Positions 27,047-38,326 of a stretch of DNA of 39,316 bases are shown here, in pieces. Numbering within the stretch: position 1 is the first letter of the stretch; every line of letters begins with the position of its first letter. The notes beneath the pieces were generated by a model that searched no databases, was not told where the DNA came from, and saw nothing but the letters and a program-made list of their open reading frames with translations. A program made the translations under genes and the position numbers. Origin of the DNA: Spirogloea muscicola (Eukaryota); the NCBI GenBank assembly GCA_009602725.1, contig WELB01000008.1, positions 979,645 to 1,018,960 on the forward strand, read 5' to 3'.

Positions 27047-27110
27047 GTCATGAACACCTGTATGCATCTGGCTGGCTTTCACAGCCGCTCTTTTGATGAT
27101 TTCAGCAGCC
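27047..27110. repeat. Dispersed ~63-bp hairpin motif, copy C, in the HAD/GCS1 divergent 5' region
   Basis: Core GTATGCATCTGGCTGGCTTTCACAGCCGCTC...TCAGCAGCC. The 31-nt core differs from copies A and B at 3 positions each. Confidence 0.8.
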
Positions 27111-27491
27111 GCTTTCCCGCTTTGGCCTAGCTCCAGCCAAGGGCTTCGCTTCTGTGTAGCCCCTTACGTTGCGCTTTCTCGTTAGCCCGCCCGAACAGCG
27201 GTCACTTGTGGGTTGGCTTGCTTCTATTGTGGGCCACTCCAGCATTCCGCAGGCCTTAGTTGCAATGCATATTAACAGTATCCCTTCGCGGTGCTGAATC
27301 TCGAGCTCATGCCAGCGACCCACCAGCCACGCTCCTCGACCTCGGCCAGCTGCCTCCGCAAGAGCGGCGGCTGGAGGCAATGCCGCGGCGGCGCAGGTGG
27401 CGAGAGCGGCGGGGCACGACGGCTTGCGCGCGCCCGAGGCGGGAGCTCCGGCCGCTGTGAGGAATGGCAGTCAGGGCCAGTGAGGTCAGCA

Positions 27492-30400
27492 ATGAGTGGC
27501 GANCCCTGCTGGCTCCGCGGGCGCCGGCGCCGCTGGCGGCCGAAGCCGTCGTCACCCCCCTGGCTGCGCGGCGCATGCTGGACCTCGCCCAGGTGGGCCT
27601 GCCGCCGCAACCAGGCCGGCTGCGATGCACGGGCAGCCGCTGAGCTTAGCTCGTCTGCTAGCTCAGCTTGCCCGACAGCCCATCCCACGGGCCTCGACAG
27701 CCGTACACGGCCTCCATGACGAGGCTGCGGGCGCGGCCTGCCGCGCTGCGCTGCAGTTCCAGGGCAGCCGGCGCGAGCGCATGCTGTGGGGCACGTACCG
27801 TCCGCACCTCTACTTTGGCGTCCGCGCAAGGCGAGCCTCGCGCGGCCGAGAAAATCTGGTCTTCTTCTTGGAGCACTGTGACCAGCACAAGCGAGAGCTG
27901 CGTCTGTGGAGCACTTTATCTCGCAACGGAGCCGGCTGCGCAGCTCCACACCGCGTCATGGAGCTTCGTCCGGCAATCGATGGCCCGGGCTTGACTAAGA
28001 GGCATCGAGCTGGTGGCATCGTCGTTCCCTCAGGACGCCCAAGTCGCTGCTTGGCGGTTTCCTGTGGCTTGGGATCAAGGACGGTGGTCTATCCCTGCGC
28101 CACACCTGCGAGGAGTCGGACCGGCTTGCCCGATATGGTTGGCTCCGCCACAACGGCGAGAGCTTCGGCCGGCAGGTCGGGCATGGAGCAGCTCCTCCGT
28201 CCACCGCCTTGTGCTTCAGCAGCAGCTCTGTGTGGCTCACTGCTGCATGGTGCACCGAAGCGGCTGCCTCCGGATGGTCAGCTCAGTCGAAATCAAGCGC
28301 CGTTCTAGTCCAGCTGGTCCAGGTTGCAGCTTAAGGAGGCATCCGCCATGCTCCTACGTTCAGGCTGGGGCGCTGCTGAGGCGGCGTGGCAGTGCTTGCT
28401 CCGCAGGAGATCCTCGATGACCAGAGGCTGATCACGACGTCCTTTGTGAAGAGCTTCGAGCCTGGAGCCGGTTATGGCGGCAGCTGGGCGGCCCGCTTCG
28501 AGGTCACGGAGCCTAGGTAGGAGCCACACCCCTCCTCAAGGCCACTGAGTGACTAGCCAGGTACTGGTACCATGCCGAGGGCCCTTGCTTTATTGTCAAG
28601 CTTGGGCCATGTCATGAAGTCCGGACCAACTTCAGGGCGAGGAAGTCAAATTTGGCTCAGCATTTCTCTGCAGATTACCTACACGTGCTCGCGCATGTGA
28701 GCTTGTTGAGGTGTGGAGTTCCACATAAGCATATGCTTGAGTTTAGTGCCGGTGTCTATGCCTCGCCTAGCTCTGCCTGTTGCTGCAGCCACTTCCGGGG
28801 GTCAAGCTCACCAGCAGCGGTGCCTCCCGAGCAGCTCGAGCAAGGAGGAGTACTCTGACCCTCTGAGGAAGGCTGTGGCGATCTTCTACATGGTCGATGA
28901 AGGAGGTGGAGAGCTGGCGCCCCCTCGAGAAATGCCACTTGCATCGGGCAGCGTTGTGGCCTCTGGGTCGGACAAGACCGTTGGCGAGTGGGAACTGACC
29001 TTGCATGTACAGGTATTGCACTGTCACCGAGCACTCTTTGCATACTGGACTATATAAGTCTGATGTAAGGATCTCAAGATAGTATCAAGTATGCAGATGG
29101 GCTTGCTCTATCAATCAGTCCATGAAGATGGCCCGTGTTGAACTGGCTCATCGCAGAGCTGGGCAGATGTAAGCTGGGTTGGCCTGCAGACAGCCCATAT
29201 GCACAACATTACCGACCTGATGATGCAGGTCTACATCCAGCAGGTAATTGATCAGAAAGCTGTCCCTGCACTGGTTAGGAAGTCACAGTAACGAGAATCT
29301 GAGCTTGTGAAGGTCGTTTGATCATGGAGATGCAATCTGAAAAAGGAGTAGCGGCAAGTGGGTAAAGGATCCAAGGAAGCAGAGAAAGCTACACAATGCT
29401 CTTGCCAGCAATGATGTTAATTTCATGCTTGACTTGGCCTTCTGTGCAGTTTCGGGAGCGGCAGATTGTGGAGTTGCCTAATAGCAGCATGCACCACCCT
29501 AACCTGATTGCTATACAGGTACGATGCAAAGAATTGTTGATAAACTTGGACAGTGCTTCAGTGCTTCTTTGATGAGGAAGCTCCACCCATGGTTGCACGC
29601 CTTCGTTTCATCAATGTAGTTGGTTGGGTTGCAATTTGCACATTGTTCGATAGATGGCGGCCTAACTTGGGCCAGTCCTTTTTGCCTTGATGCCACGGCC
29701 AGAGACTGGCTGACTCTTAAGGGTGGCGGTTGACCCCTTCAGGTCTCTGCAAAGCCACCTCTTCAAGTGGATTTCTCTTTTGTGTCTGGCCTCAAGATAT
29801 TCCGTGGTTCCAGCCGCGCCCACCAGCTCGCAGGTTACTTGACAGATGCTGCCCTGACTGCTAACTGAGCCTCTAGTGTCTTTCATCTACATGCTGCATC
29901 GGTCATATCATCTACACTATCTGCTCCTGACGGTCATACCAACTTTGTGGCTGGCTTCGCCGAAATATCACTATTGTCATGATGAACTTGGTAGTCTTGA
30001 AGTGTTGCGACAAGGTTCATCCATCCGAGAGCATGTCTCAGCCATATAAAGCTGTCCAATGGCTAATGTTGCTAGCCATTCATGCGTGCTCTTTTGTAGG
30101 TGAGAAGCTAAGCGCCATGCTCAAGCAAGAGGAAGACAAATTCGACAGCAAGTTTGAAAGAATTTTCTCCTTTCCGGCTGAGGTATATACCTAGCTTGAG
30201 AAGGTATTGATGTCTCCAACCAAGGGTGCCAAAGTCAAGCTATCTCAGTTGACGTTGACTGCATTTTGGAATTGACAAACATGTGAGTAGAAGTTGGCTT
30301 TGTGCCTACTTCAAGCTGCCCACGATCTGGTCATTGTGAGTAGCATAAACTGCATGGGTGGCAAGAGTTATGCCTACTTACATATTGGAATCAATATTTT

Positions 30401-33400
30401 TCATCATCCCCAGAACGAGATTGTCAAGTATTACAAGTATGTGAGGTACAACCCTCCTTGGAAGGCTCTATCAGCCTTCTAAGCCTGCCCTTTTGCTGGA
30501 GGTCTCGCAGGTGGACTCAACTGACAAGGACATTGCCAAGGCTGCCCTCAGTAATCTGCTAGGTGGCATTGGCTACTTCTATGGTCGCTCCCGCATACAG
30601 GTGTGACACTGTAGCCATATTTGTCTCCAATGCCATTGCCTGCTTCTCATGGCAGGCACTGAACTTGAATTTCTGAACGTAACGGAGGTAATGAAGGTAC
30701 TGAAGGTAATGAAGGTAACGGTCGAGACGCATCAACGTGAAGTTGCTGTGGATATATAAGAGTTGCTATGTCATGACGGGGCATATGCAAGTGTCATACG
30801 TTGGATCGACTACTTAATCAGTGAATGGCAATTAACAAGGTGTGGGCAAGCACTCTACTACGTACTACTTGTCCTGTTGATAAAGGACCTGACAAAGGTC
30901 CTACTGCTACAGGCAACTGCAAGGAGTGGTGCGGAATCAAAGATCCAGCTCTATTGGCCTGCTCCCCTGTACACAGCAGTACCTAGCCGGTCCTTCTTTC
31001 CAAGAGGCTTTCTGTGGGATGAGGGATTCCATCAGCTCCTCATCAGGTTCGCAATTCTTAACCAGAAGTTGTTTCATGTAGGTCAATACTGTTGTGAATT
31101 AAGTATATGCGGCTAATATTGTGTGATGTCAACAAGCTTTACATCTTTCATCCTCTAGGTAGTGGTGGTTGTTGTACATTTTTCATCGAATCCCCGATGT
31201 CTGACCACCTGGCCTGAGAAATAGTGATGGAACAGTGCTATGATGCTGCAGAAAGTGGGACAAGGGCATCCACCATGACGTGGTAGCACACTGGTTGGAC
31301 CTTATGAATTGTCAGGGATGGATTCCGAGGGAGCAGATACTTGGGCAGGAGGCTCGCAGGTGATTGCTGGTTAGCTGCACATACGACGTGGCTAGCGTGA
31401 CTAGCTACTCAAAACCAACACTCATGCCTGGTTGACGTATGTGCCTATGAGAAATGAGGCTATGCCCTCCACCAGCTATCGGTCTCAGGACTTCACCTCT
31501 CTCTTTGCTTGTGGCGAGCAGCAAGGTCCCCAGCGAGTTTGTTGTCCAGCGGACTTCCAATGCCAACCCACCTACCCTCTTTCTCTCTTTCCAAGGTACG
31601 ATGCTTTTACCTCTGCTTCGCAGTTGGCTTTGATTCGTCGAGCTGGGCTGAGCGTATGTCATGGCAATTACCGAGTATTCAAAGAGAAGCTGGTAATTCT
31701 GTTGCGCATGCTGCTTGCTTTTATGCAACCCAGATAGAGAGAACTCATATGTACATAACAACTGCTCCCATATCCCTTGTAGAGCTGGCAATGGAAGTGG
31801 AGCGAGGAGAAGGAACTGCAGATGATGTCGAATTTCTGCGTAGCAGTTTTCCTCGTTTGAAGGCCTGGTACAACTGGTTCAACAGTACCCAAAGAGGCAA
31901 GTGGCTCTACTTGCATGCTACTAGTAACTAGATGAGCCAGCTGCTTGCTATCATGCAGGTTCTTCTGCAGGAATAGACATCAGGGCTTTGCATTTTCAAG
32001 CGCATTCTCCAGACATTCGAGTATATACCTTCCATTCTTGTAGGATAGTCTCAGTTGCTTCTCCAGCTTGCATCCTGCCATTGGTAGTGCCCTATCAACC
32101 TCCTCGTCTCCATCAAATTCTGGCGAGGTGACCAGAGTGGCGTCCTGTATCCTTCCATTGTGGCAGGTTCCAACCCTGGAAGCTTCTACTGGCATGGCCG
32201 TGATCAAGATACTGAAGCTGAACTCAATCCAAAGGTAATGTAGCACAGACAAAGCCTGTGAGCTAGTATTCATTGTCTGTCATGATTGCGGAACACTTGT
32301 CACAGCAACAATTCGGGCCCTTTGAGAAGATTATACTAAATCCTAAATCCTGCAATTAAGGCTTATCTGTTGATATCCCAGGTTCAATATCAGATGTGCA
32401 CCTTTTCTTTGGTGATTGTTTTAGATAAAGCAAGACTGGAAGTGCTATGGTTGGTCCTTAATGATGTCATTCCTGTTCTACCACATGCACCTGAAGACTC
32501 TGACCTCGGGTTTGGACGATTATCCAAGAGCTAGCCATCCCTCGCATGACGAGCGGCATTTGGATTTACGCTGCTGGATGGCGCTGGCTTCAGAATGCAT
32601 GTTCCGCATTGCCAGGATCATCAAGGAACCTTCTCATGTGAGATTCTTGCATATAAGCTCGTTATCTTGTCGTAATATTGTAGCACATCTTGTGAGTACT
32701 CCAAATGCTGTCCTTGTTATACGGACTTATACTGCCTCGAACTGTCACCAGATGCTGTGTGCTGATTGATAGTTGTTATTTTGCAAATCACTCTCTCAGG
32801 AGTATGAAAAGAATCTGATACAGCTGTCGCAAATGGAAGCACTTGACAAGGTCAACAACCTGTGACATTGTGACTGCAGTGATAATGTTGCAAGAAGTTG
32901 GCAGTCTCTATGAAAAACTCTGCTCAAAGTAGCAAATGCAGCTCATTGCATGTCCTGCTTGCATAGTGGAGTCACCTACAAGGAGCATCAATTTGCCCCG
33001 CGGCAAGGCCCAAACACTGAGATGGAGCCACCTATTGCTTGTTCAGCTACACCTGGATGCTGCCTCAGGTCGATACTACGACTTTGGCAATCACACGGAG
33101 CAGGTGAAGAGCAGCATTTCTGTAGATGCCAGCTCCGCACGAGAGAATCAATGTGGAGTCTCATTTGCTTTCAGATATAGCGATTGATTTACTCAGTACT
33201 GTGCATGCCCAGTAAACCCTGGCAGCTGGGTACTGCGTCGCCTCTTGAATCTAGGTGAAGCTGGTCAGCACAGAGGAGGGGCACTGGGTACGGCAAGTTC
33301 TTGGCCGCCCAAGGCCGCGGTTGGTGCCGCAGTTTGGCTACAACAGCTTGTTCCCCCTCCTCATGCGATTACTTCCTTCAGTGAGCAGTCTGTCACTGAG

Positions 33401-34540
33401 CTGACTTAGCCCCAGCTGTTTTCATGTTTGATGTTGACGCAGCTGCTCAATACTTTGACTTTCATAGAAGGTGCAATCATTTGCATAGTGAGGGAGTAGT
33501 CAATGGCTTAATATCAGGTGACAATCGAAGCTGTTGTGTCACCCTCTTGATAGTGCAGTCCTCAGATCGCCTGGGTCAGCAGCTCGAGCTGCTGAGGGTC
33601 GAGACACTCCTGTGGACTTCCTTTGGCCTTCGCTCCCTTGCCACCTCGAGGCACTTACAGCTTCTCTTTCTCAGGCTGTCATTGATGCAATCATGCTGCT
33701 GCATGCAAAGCAGAGAGAGAGAGATGTGCCTAACATGGTGCAAGTTATGCCCTGAAGCACGAAAACATGTCACACACTGGAGTGAGGACAAAGTGGGCTT
33801 ATTTGTTTGTGATCAAGTTGTGTGCTTGCTGTAGGCAGCTCCTTGTACATGAAGTACAACACGCAACATGATGGCCCATACTGGCGAGGGCCTGTTTGGA
33901 TCAACATCAATTTCATGACACTATCCTCCCTCCACTTCTACTCACGCGGTGAGTGTTCCAGCCCGCTTTCAAGAGTGATACTCGCCAGCCATGCGGATGC
34001 TGGGAGTCAATGAGGAGCTGATTACTTCTGGCAACTCTAATGTCGTACTATCATGAGCACAGATTGCATGATCAGACGCTTCTGGCTGTTACAGGCTACC
34101 CATGAAGATGTTATTGCATTCTTGTGATTCCTTCATTGCAACTTTTGGCAGCTCAAGGGCCTCATCAAGAAATCGCCGCTAGACTCTACACTGAGCTCCG
34201 GCAGAATGTGATGAGGTGCGCATCAACTGAATCCCAGGTTCATGAGTATTAACTTACTAAACTGCTAGCAGCCCCGCCCTAAGAGCTTCTTTGACAAAGT
34301 AAGAAAGTCTTACATCCGTGCCTGCTTGTTGGCAACCCCTAGCATCTCTCAGGCACCTCATGACAGGAGTACTAACACCATCTTGACTGTCTCTGCAGGA
34401 ACGTTTTAGCTGAGTACCGAGCAAGTGGTTACCTGTGGGAGCAGTACGACAACGCAAACAGTGGGAAAGGGAAGGGGTCACACCCATTCACTGGCTGGAC
34501 ATCATTGCTCGTCCTCATCATGGCAGAGAGCTACCAGTGA
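27492..34540 (+). CDS. GCS1: Mannosyl-oligosaccharide glucosidase (ER glucosidase I, GH63), about 23 exons. The N-terminus is broken by a single-N gap at 27503
   Basis: Motifs: VVTP...[138 protein letters not shown]. Stop TGA at 34538-34540. The candidate ATG at 27492 is out of frame with the sequence after the N. Confidence 0.95.
30678..30721. repeat. Short 9-bp-period tandem repeat in a GCS1 intron
   Basis: ...GGAGGTAATGAAGGTACTGAAGGTAATGAAGGTAACGG. Confidence 0.6.
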
Positions 34541-34898
34541 AGTGCATGGCAAGGAAAAGCACTCCTGTGTAGTTACAAGGTGTGCTTAAGGAAGTAAGCT
34601 GGTAAGCACAGACTGTGCTGTCTGCAAACTTCCAACAGTACTGAGATCCTGGAAGGGCTCACAAGTCGAAAGTTAAGGAGGAAGATCACATACAAATAGG
34701 GAAATAATTTCTTCAGTCAATACCTCACACCTTGCCACACGGCATTTGCTGGTAACAGGTACCAGGACTCCTTGTGAAAGTTGACAGTCAGCCTTCTTGC
34801 CATGATGTTTTACCTTTTTCACCACAAAAAATCGGCCGAGTCCTGATGTATTTGAGTCGAGACTGTTTGAGTACACTAGGCCACTGTGGCCTACCCTC

Positions 34899-35678
34899 CT
34901 ACTTGGCCTTGCCAGCGTCCTTCTCAACCTCCTTGGTGACCTCATCTTCGGTATTGATGGCGAGATTGCCGCTCCCACGGCGCTTGCCAACCAGGTCCTC
35001 CGCGAGGCCTTGGCCGCCACCCTGCAGCTCCTCGCCCAGCGACCCCGCAACCGAGCTCACGGCATTGGCGATCGAGGTCACGGTCTCACGGGCGGCAGTG
35101 CCGAGGTCCACGCCGGGCGCCGAGTTGGCGCTCGTGGCCTTCTGCGAGGCCTCCCCGGACATGTAGTCCGCCTCCTGCTCCAGATGCTGCGCCGCGCGGC
35201 CGGCGTCCTTGTGCCCCGGGCTGGTGTCACCCCCGAAGAGGCCCTGCGCGCCGCGCCGCGCGTCCTCCATGAGCTGCTCCGCGCCCTCCACCGCGCTCTC
35301 GGACGCGAGCTCCTTGACGACGCCCTCCTCGCCCTTCTTGTGGGCGCCGGCGTCCGTGCCCTCGCCCAGCACCTCGATGAGCTTCGCCTCGGTCGGGATG
35401 CCGATGTCCTCCGAGTCGCGGTGGCCGCCCATCATGTCCTGCTTCAGCTCCTGCCCCAGGTCCTGGCTCTTGTGCACCCGGCGCTTGTCCTCGCCCAGCT
35501 CCTGCGCCTGGGCGCGGCAGCCGCGCCGGCGGCCGGCCACCAGGGGCCGCGCGAGCGGCGCGCCGCCGACCAGCGGCCGGGCAAAGGAGGTCGACCTGGA
35601 GGCTGACAGCGCGCCCAGCTCGGCCACGGCGAGGGCGACCGCTTGCGGCGGCGCCGCGCAGGATGCGGAGGCCGCCAT
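34899..35678 (-). CDS. Intronless hydrophilic, acidic, LEA-like protein (259 aa) with a probable plastid transit peptide
   Basis: gccATGgcg context and strong GC3 codon bias. The first ~56 aa are Ala/Ser/Arg-rich and end CRA/QA. The mature part is rich in G/E/A/D/K with no Trp or Cys. No family identified with certainty. Confidence 0.75.
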   Translation of the reverse strand: MAASASCAAPPQAVALAVAELGALSASRSTSFARPLVGGAPLARPLVAGRRRGCRAQAQELGEDKRRVHKSQDLGQELKQDMMGGHRDSEDIGIPTEAKLIEVLGEGTDAGAHKKGEEGVVKELASESAVEGAEQLMEDARRGAQGLFGGDTSPGHKDAGRAAQHLEQEADYMSGEASQKATSANSAPGVDLGTAARETVTSIANAVSSVAGSLGEELQGGGQGLAEDLVGKRRGSGNLAINTEDEVTKEVEKDAGKAK

Positions 35679-35918
35679 GGCTGCAGGCTGGGCTTGGGCA
35701 GCGGTGCCACTTGCGAGCGGGCCTGCGTGAGCTGCAGGAAGGCGGGCGAAGGTCGACCCTTAGCGGAAACGGCGGCGCGGGCCCTCTCGCAGCGCAGCGG
35801 TCCCTCTGGCAATGGCGGCGGCGGCGGCGGCGGCGGCGGGGACGGGCAGTCGGGCTCGGGCTATCCGAAGTATGACTCCAAGTTTGCACCCAGGCGCCTG
35901 GGAGGACAAGTCAGCACC

Positions 35919-36213
35919 GCCACGTGGGACCCTTGGCGCTGGCCACCTGTGCGGGCTCAGGGCGACGGGGCTGCGAGGAGCCGGAGGAGAGGGAGCGGCC
36001 GCGGCTGCCACGTGTTCTCTCGAGCCGACGTGGCGCTCGAGGTCTGCGGGTGCGCCCCAGGCCAACAACGGGGGCCGCCCCGGGTGGCGGGTGACCGCTG
36101 TCCGCGGTTAGCCGAGCTCCAGCTAACCGGCGGGGCCAGCGCTGGCGGTTAGCCGAGCTAGCGTGGTTTCACCGAACCCTAACCCTCAGCCCCGCGAGGG
36201 GCGAGGCGCCGAC
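35919..36213. promoter_or_regulatory. Stress-type cis-element cluster in a divergent promoter (ABRE/G-box, DRE/CRT, MYB core)
   Basis: GCCACGTG at 35919 and 36007, ACGTGGC at 36028, GCCGAC at 36024 and 36208, and GCGGTTAGCCGAGCT twice (about 36104 and 36145). Confidence 0.6.
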
Positions 36214-36279
36214 CCCTGCTGGAGTTATCCGGCCGGTGACCCGGTCGGCCTGTCGGGGTTAAGTCCTCCCGAACCCCTN

Positions 36280-37473
36280 GCGCTGCGCCTGCCCGCGCCG
36301 GGCGAGCCCCGCTGCGGCGCTGGAGGGCTGCGCGCCGCCGAGCCCTCTGGTGAGCTCCGCCTGCTGGCTCGCTCGGCCTGCCCGGACGGCCTTCGCCGGC
36401 GTCGTAGTGGCGGCGCTGGTGGCGCCAGCGCGCGTCGGGTCGCTCTCGGAGGCAGCACGTCCACCGGTCGGAGGGCCCGTCCAGTCGGCTCGCAGTGGCG
36501 CTCAAAGCCCACTGCGTGGTCAGCTGATGCGCGGCTTTGTGGCTCTTTATATGCGCAGCGACGCGACGGGCGCCACGAGGCCTCAGAGCGGGGCTTCCTT
36601 TCCAGGAGCAGCGGCAGGCCGTTCGGGCCGTCGCGGATGCTCCTGGCGGCCGCGGGTGCCAGCGGCAGTGGTGGCAAGACGGAGTTTGAGGAGCACTCGA
36701 TGGAGGAGCAGGCGGGCGGGAGGGCCAAGCAGGCGCTGGAGGAGTCCGTGGCGGACGCCCGGGACTCGCACGGCTCCGACGCCAAGCCCGCCACCGCGTC
36801 CTTCTCGGAGCACTCGCTGGAGGAGGCGATGGGCGAGCGCGCCAAGGCCGCCATGGAGGGCTGGACGGAGCGCCTGCAGAGCGACGACGACAGTGGTGGC
36901 GTCGTCGCACCAGCGCCTGGGAAGGGCTCGTGGCGTGCGGATGGGGACGGCTCCATGGGCGATGCTGCAGGCGGTCTCCTCGAAGACGGACAATCACGAC
37001 AAGCGTCAGGAGGGGGGGAGGCAGAGCGAGGCTCGCATGACTCGACGGCAGCGAGTGCCGCTGGCAAGGTCACCAGAGGCGCGGGTGAGGCGGGCGTCGA
37101 TGCTGGGGCCGTCACGGTCGACGACCTGGCGCAGCACGAGCGGCAGCTGCGGGCGGCCAACCGGCCCCTGACAAACGGCCGGCTGGCCTCCATCCAGCCT
37201 GCACCCCATAAGGACAGCGTCACAGCCAATAGTGGGGAAGGCGTGGCAGGCGATTCTGCAATGCTAAACGTCTTGATGTCCCCGCAGTCCGACGCCGAGG
37301 TCGTCATGCGAGGCAGTGGCAACAGGATCGAGGGCTTTGCAGAAGCGGCGTCGCTGCAGACCTGGCTGGCTGAGGAGGGCATGCTGAAGGAGGACTACCT
37401 TCAGCGGGCAGAGGGCTTCCTTGCTGAGGGCGCAGCAGCCATCCAGGAGAGGATAGGTGCTGGCAGCAGCTAG
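36280..37473 (+). CDS. Intronless hydrophilic protein with an Arg/Ser/Ala-rich N-terminal region and acidic repeats (LEA-like/disordered). The start is probably lost at the N at 36279
   Basis: About 397 open codons after the N, with GC3 bias. It contains the internal repeat FEEHSMEEQAGGRAKQALE / FSEHSLEEAMGERAKAAME. Stop TAG ends at 37473. An alternative ATG lies at about 36637. Confidence 0.65.
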   Translation, partial: ALRLPAPGEPRCGAGGLRAAEPSGELRLLARSACPDGLRRRRSGGAGGASARRVALGGSTSTGRRARPVGSQWRSKPTAWSADARLCGSLYAQRRDGRHEASERGFLSRSSGRPFGPSRMLLAAAGASGSGGKTEFEEHSMEEQAGGRAKQALEESVADARDSHGSDAKPATASFSEHSLEEAMGERAKAAMEGWTERLQSDDDSGGVVAPAPGKGSWRADGDGSMGDAAGGLLEDGQSRQASGGGEAERGSHDSTAASAAGKVTRGAGEAGVDAGAVTVDDLAQHERQLRAANRPLTNGRLASIQPAPHKDSVTANSGEGVAGDSAMLNVLMSPQSDAEVVMRGSGNRIEGFAEAASLQTWLAEEGMLKEDYLQRAEGFLAEGAAAIQERIGAGSS

Positions 37474-38326
37474 TCATAAGCAGCGGTCACAACTGCTGTA
37501 GTCCTACATTGTCGACATTGGTTTTTCACTTTGCAGTTGCATGCTGACTTCCGACTAGGTAGTTGCGCTTCTTTTATTTCTGTGCCATATACATACCTTT
37601 TTCACAGCTGCTGAAAGGCCGCGATTGCATCTCAGGACTTAGTTCATAAGCCTGTATGTTGCAATTGGCACAGTAAACCCTTGGTAGCTTGACCCGCTTG
37701 GCAAGCATCGGTTATGTCCTGTGTGCGACCGTAGTTGGCAGGGTGTTATCTCTGTTCCTCAGTCCATCTGGACTCTCACTGGTGCTGTTGGACGATTCTT
37801 CAGCCCAAGACTATTGAAGCCCTGGAATAATAGTAACCCAAAGCCATATGCTTATAGACATATGGAAGTTGCGACGTGCAATGTCATACTGTGAGAGGTT
37901 GGAGAGGTTGCACAGAGGTTCTGCTGGGCAGTTGTAGGCTGCGCTTAATTTGCAACAATACGATGTTGTTAGACATATAATGCACAGCGGAGGGCTGATT
38001 GTCGAGCCTCCCAGCCAGGTGAAACGCCTCACCGGTTCTGCAGGCATATCGCGAAGGTCTGTCGGTGCTAAGGGGCTCATCTCATTTAGCTCCGCAACCC
38101 TGTAGCCTCCGCACTTGTGGACGAGACAGCTGAGGACAGTAGCGGAGGAGATGGTGCTATCAAGTGCTGGTGAGCTGAGGCACTGTGCGGGGCCCAAGCT
38201 CAGCAGCCCAATCCAGCCCATTTAAGTGCCGCGAGGTCCAAGTGGGCATGTATATGCTCATACGGTGGGGCCTCCGTAAGCAAGCGGGTACTGATAGTCG
38301 AGAGCAGTTGTAAGAGCAAGCCATGT

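Noticed and set aside
36175..36186. AACCCTAACCCT as interstitial telomere or telo-box
   Set aside because: It is only two hexamer units and not a full AAACCCTA telo-box, so it is compatible with chance.
35010..37382. Long antisense and alternative-frame ORFs over the two LEA-like genes
   Set aside because: They are expected shadows of high-GC3 coding sequence, with no independent coding signal.
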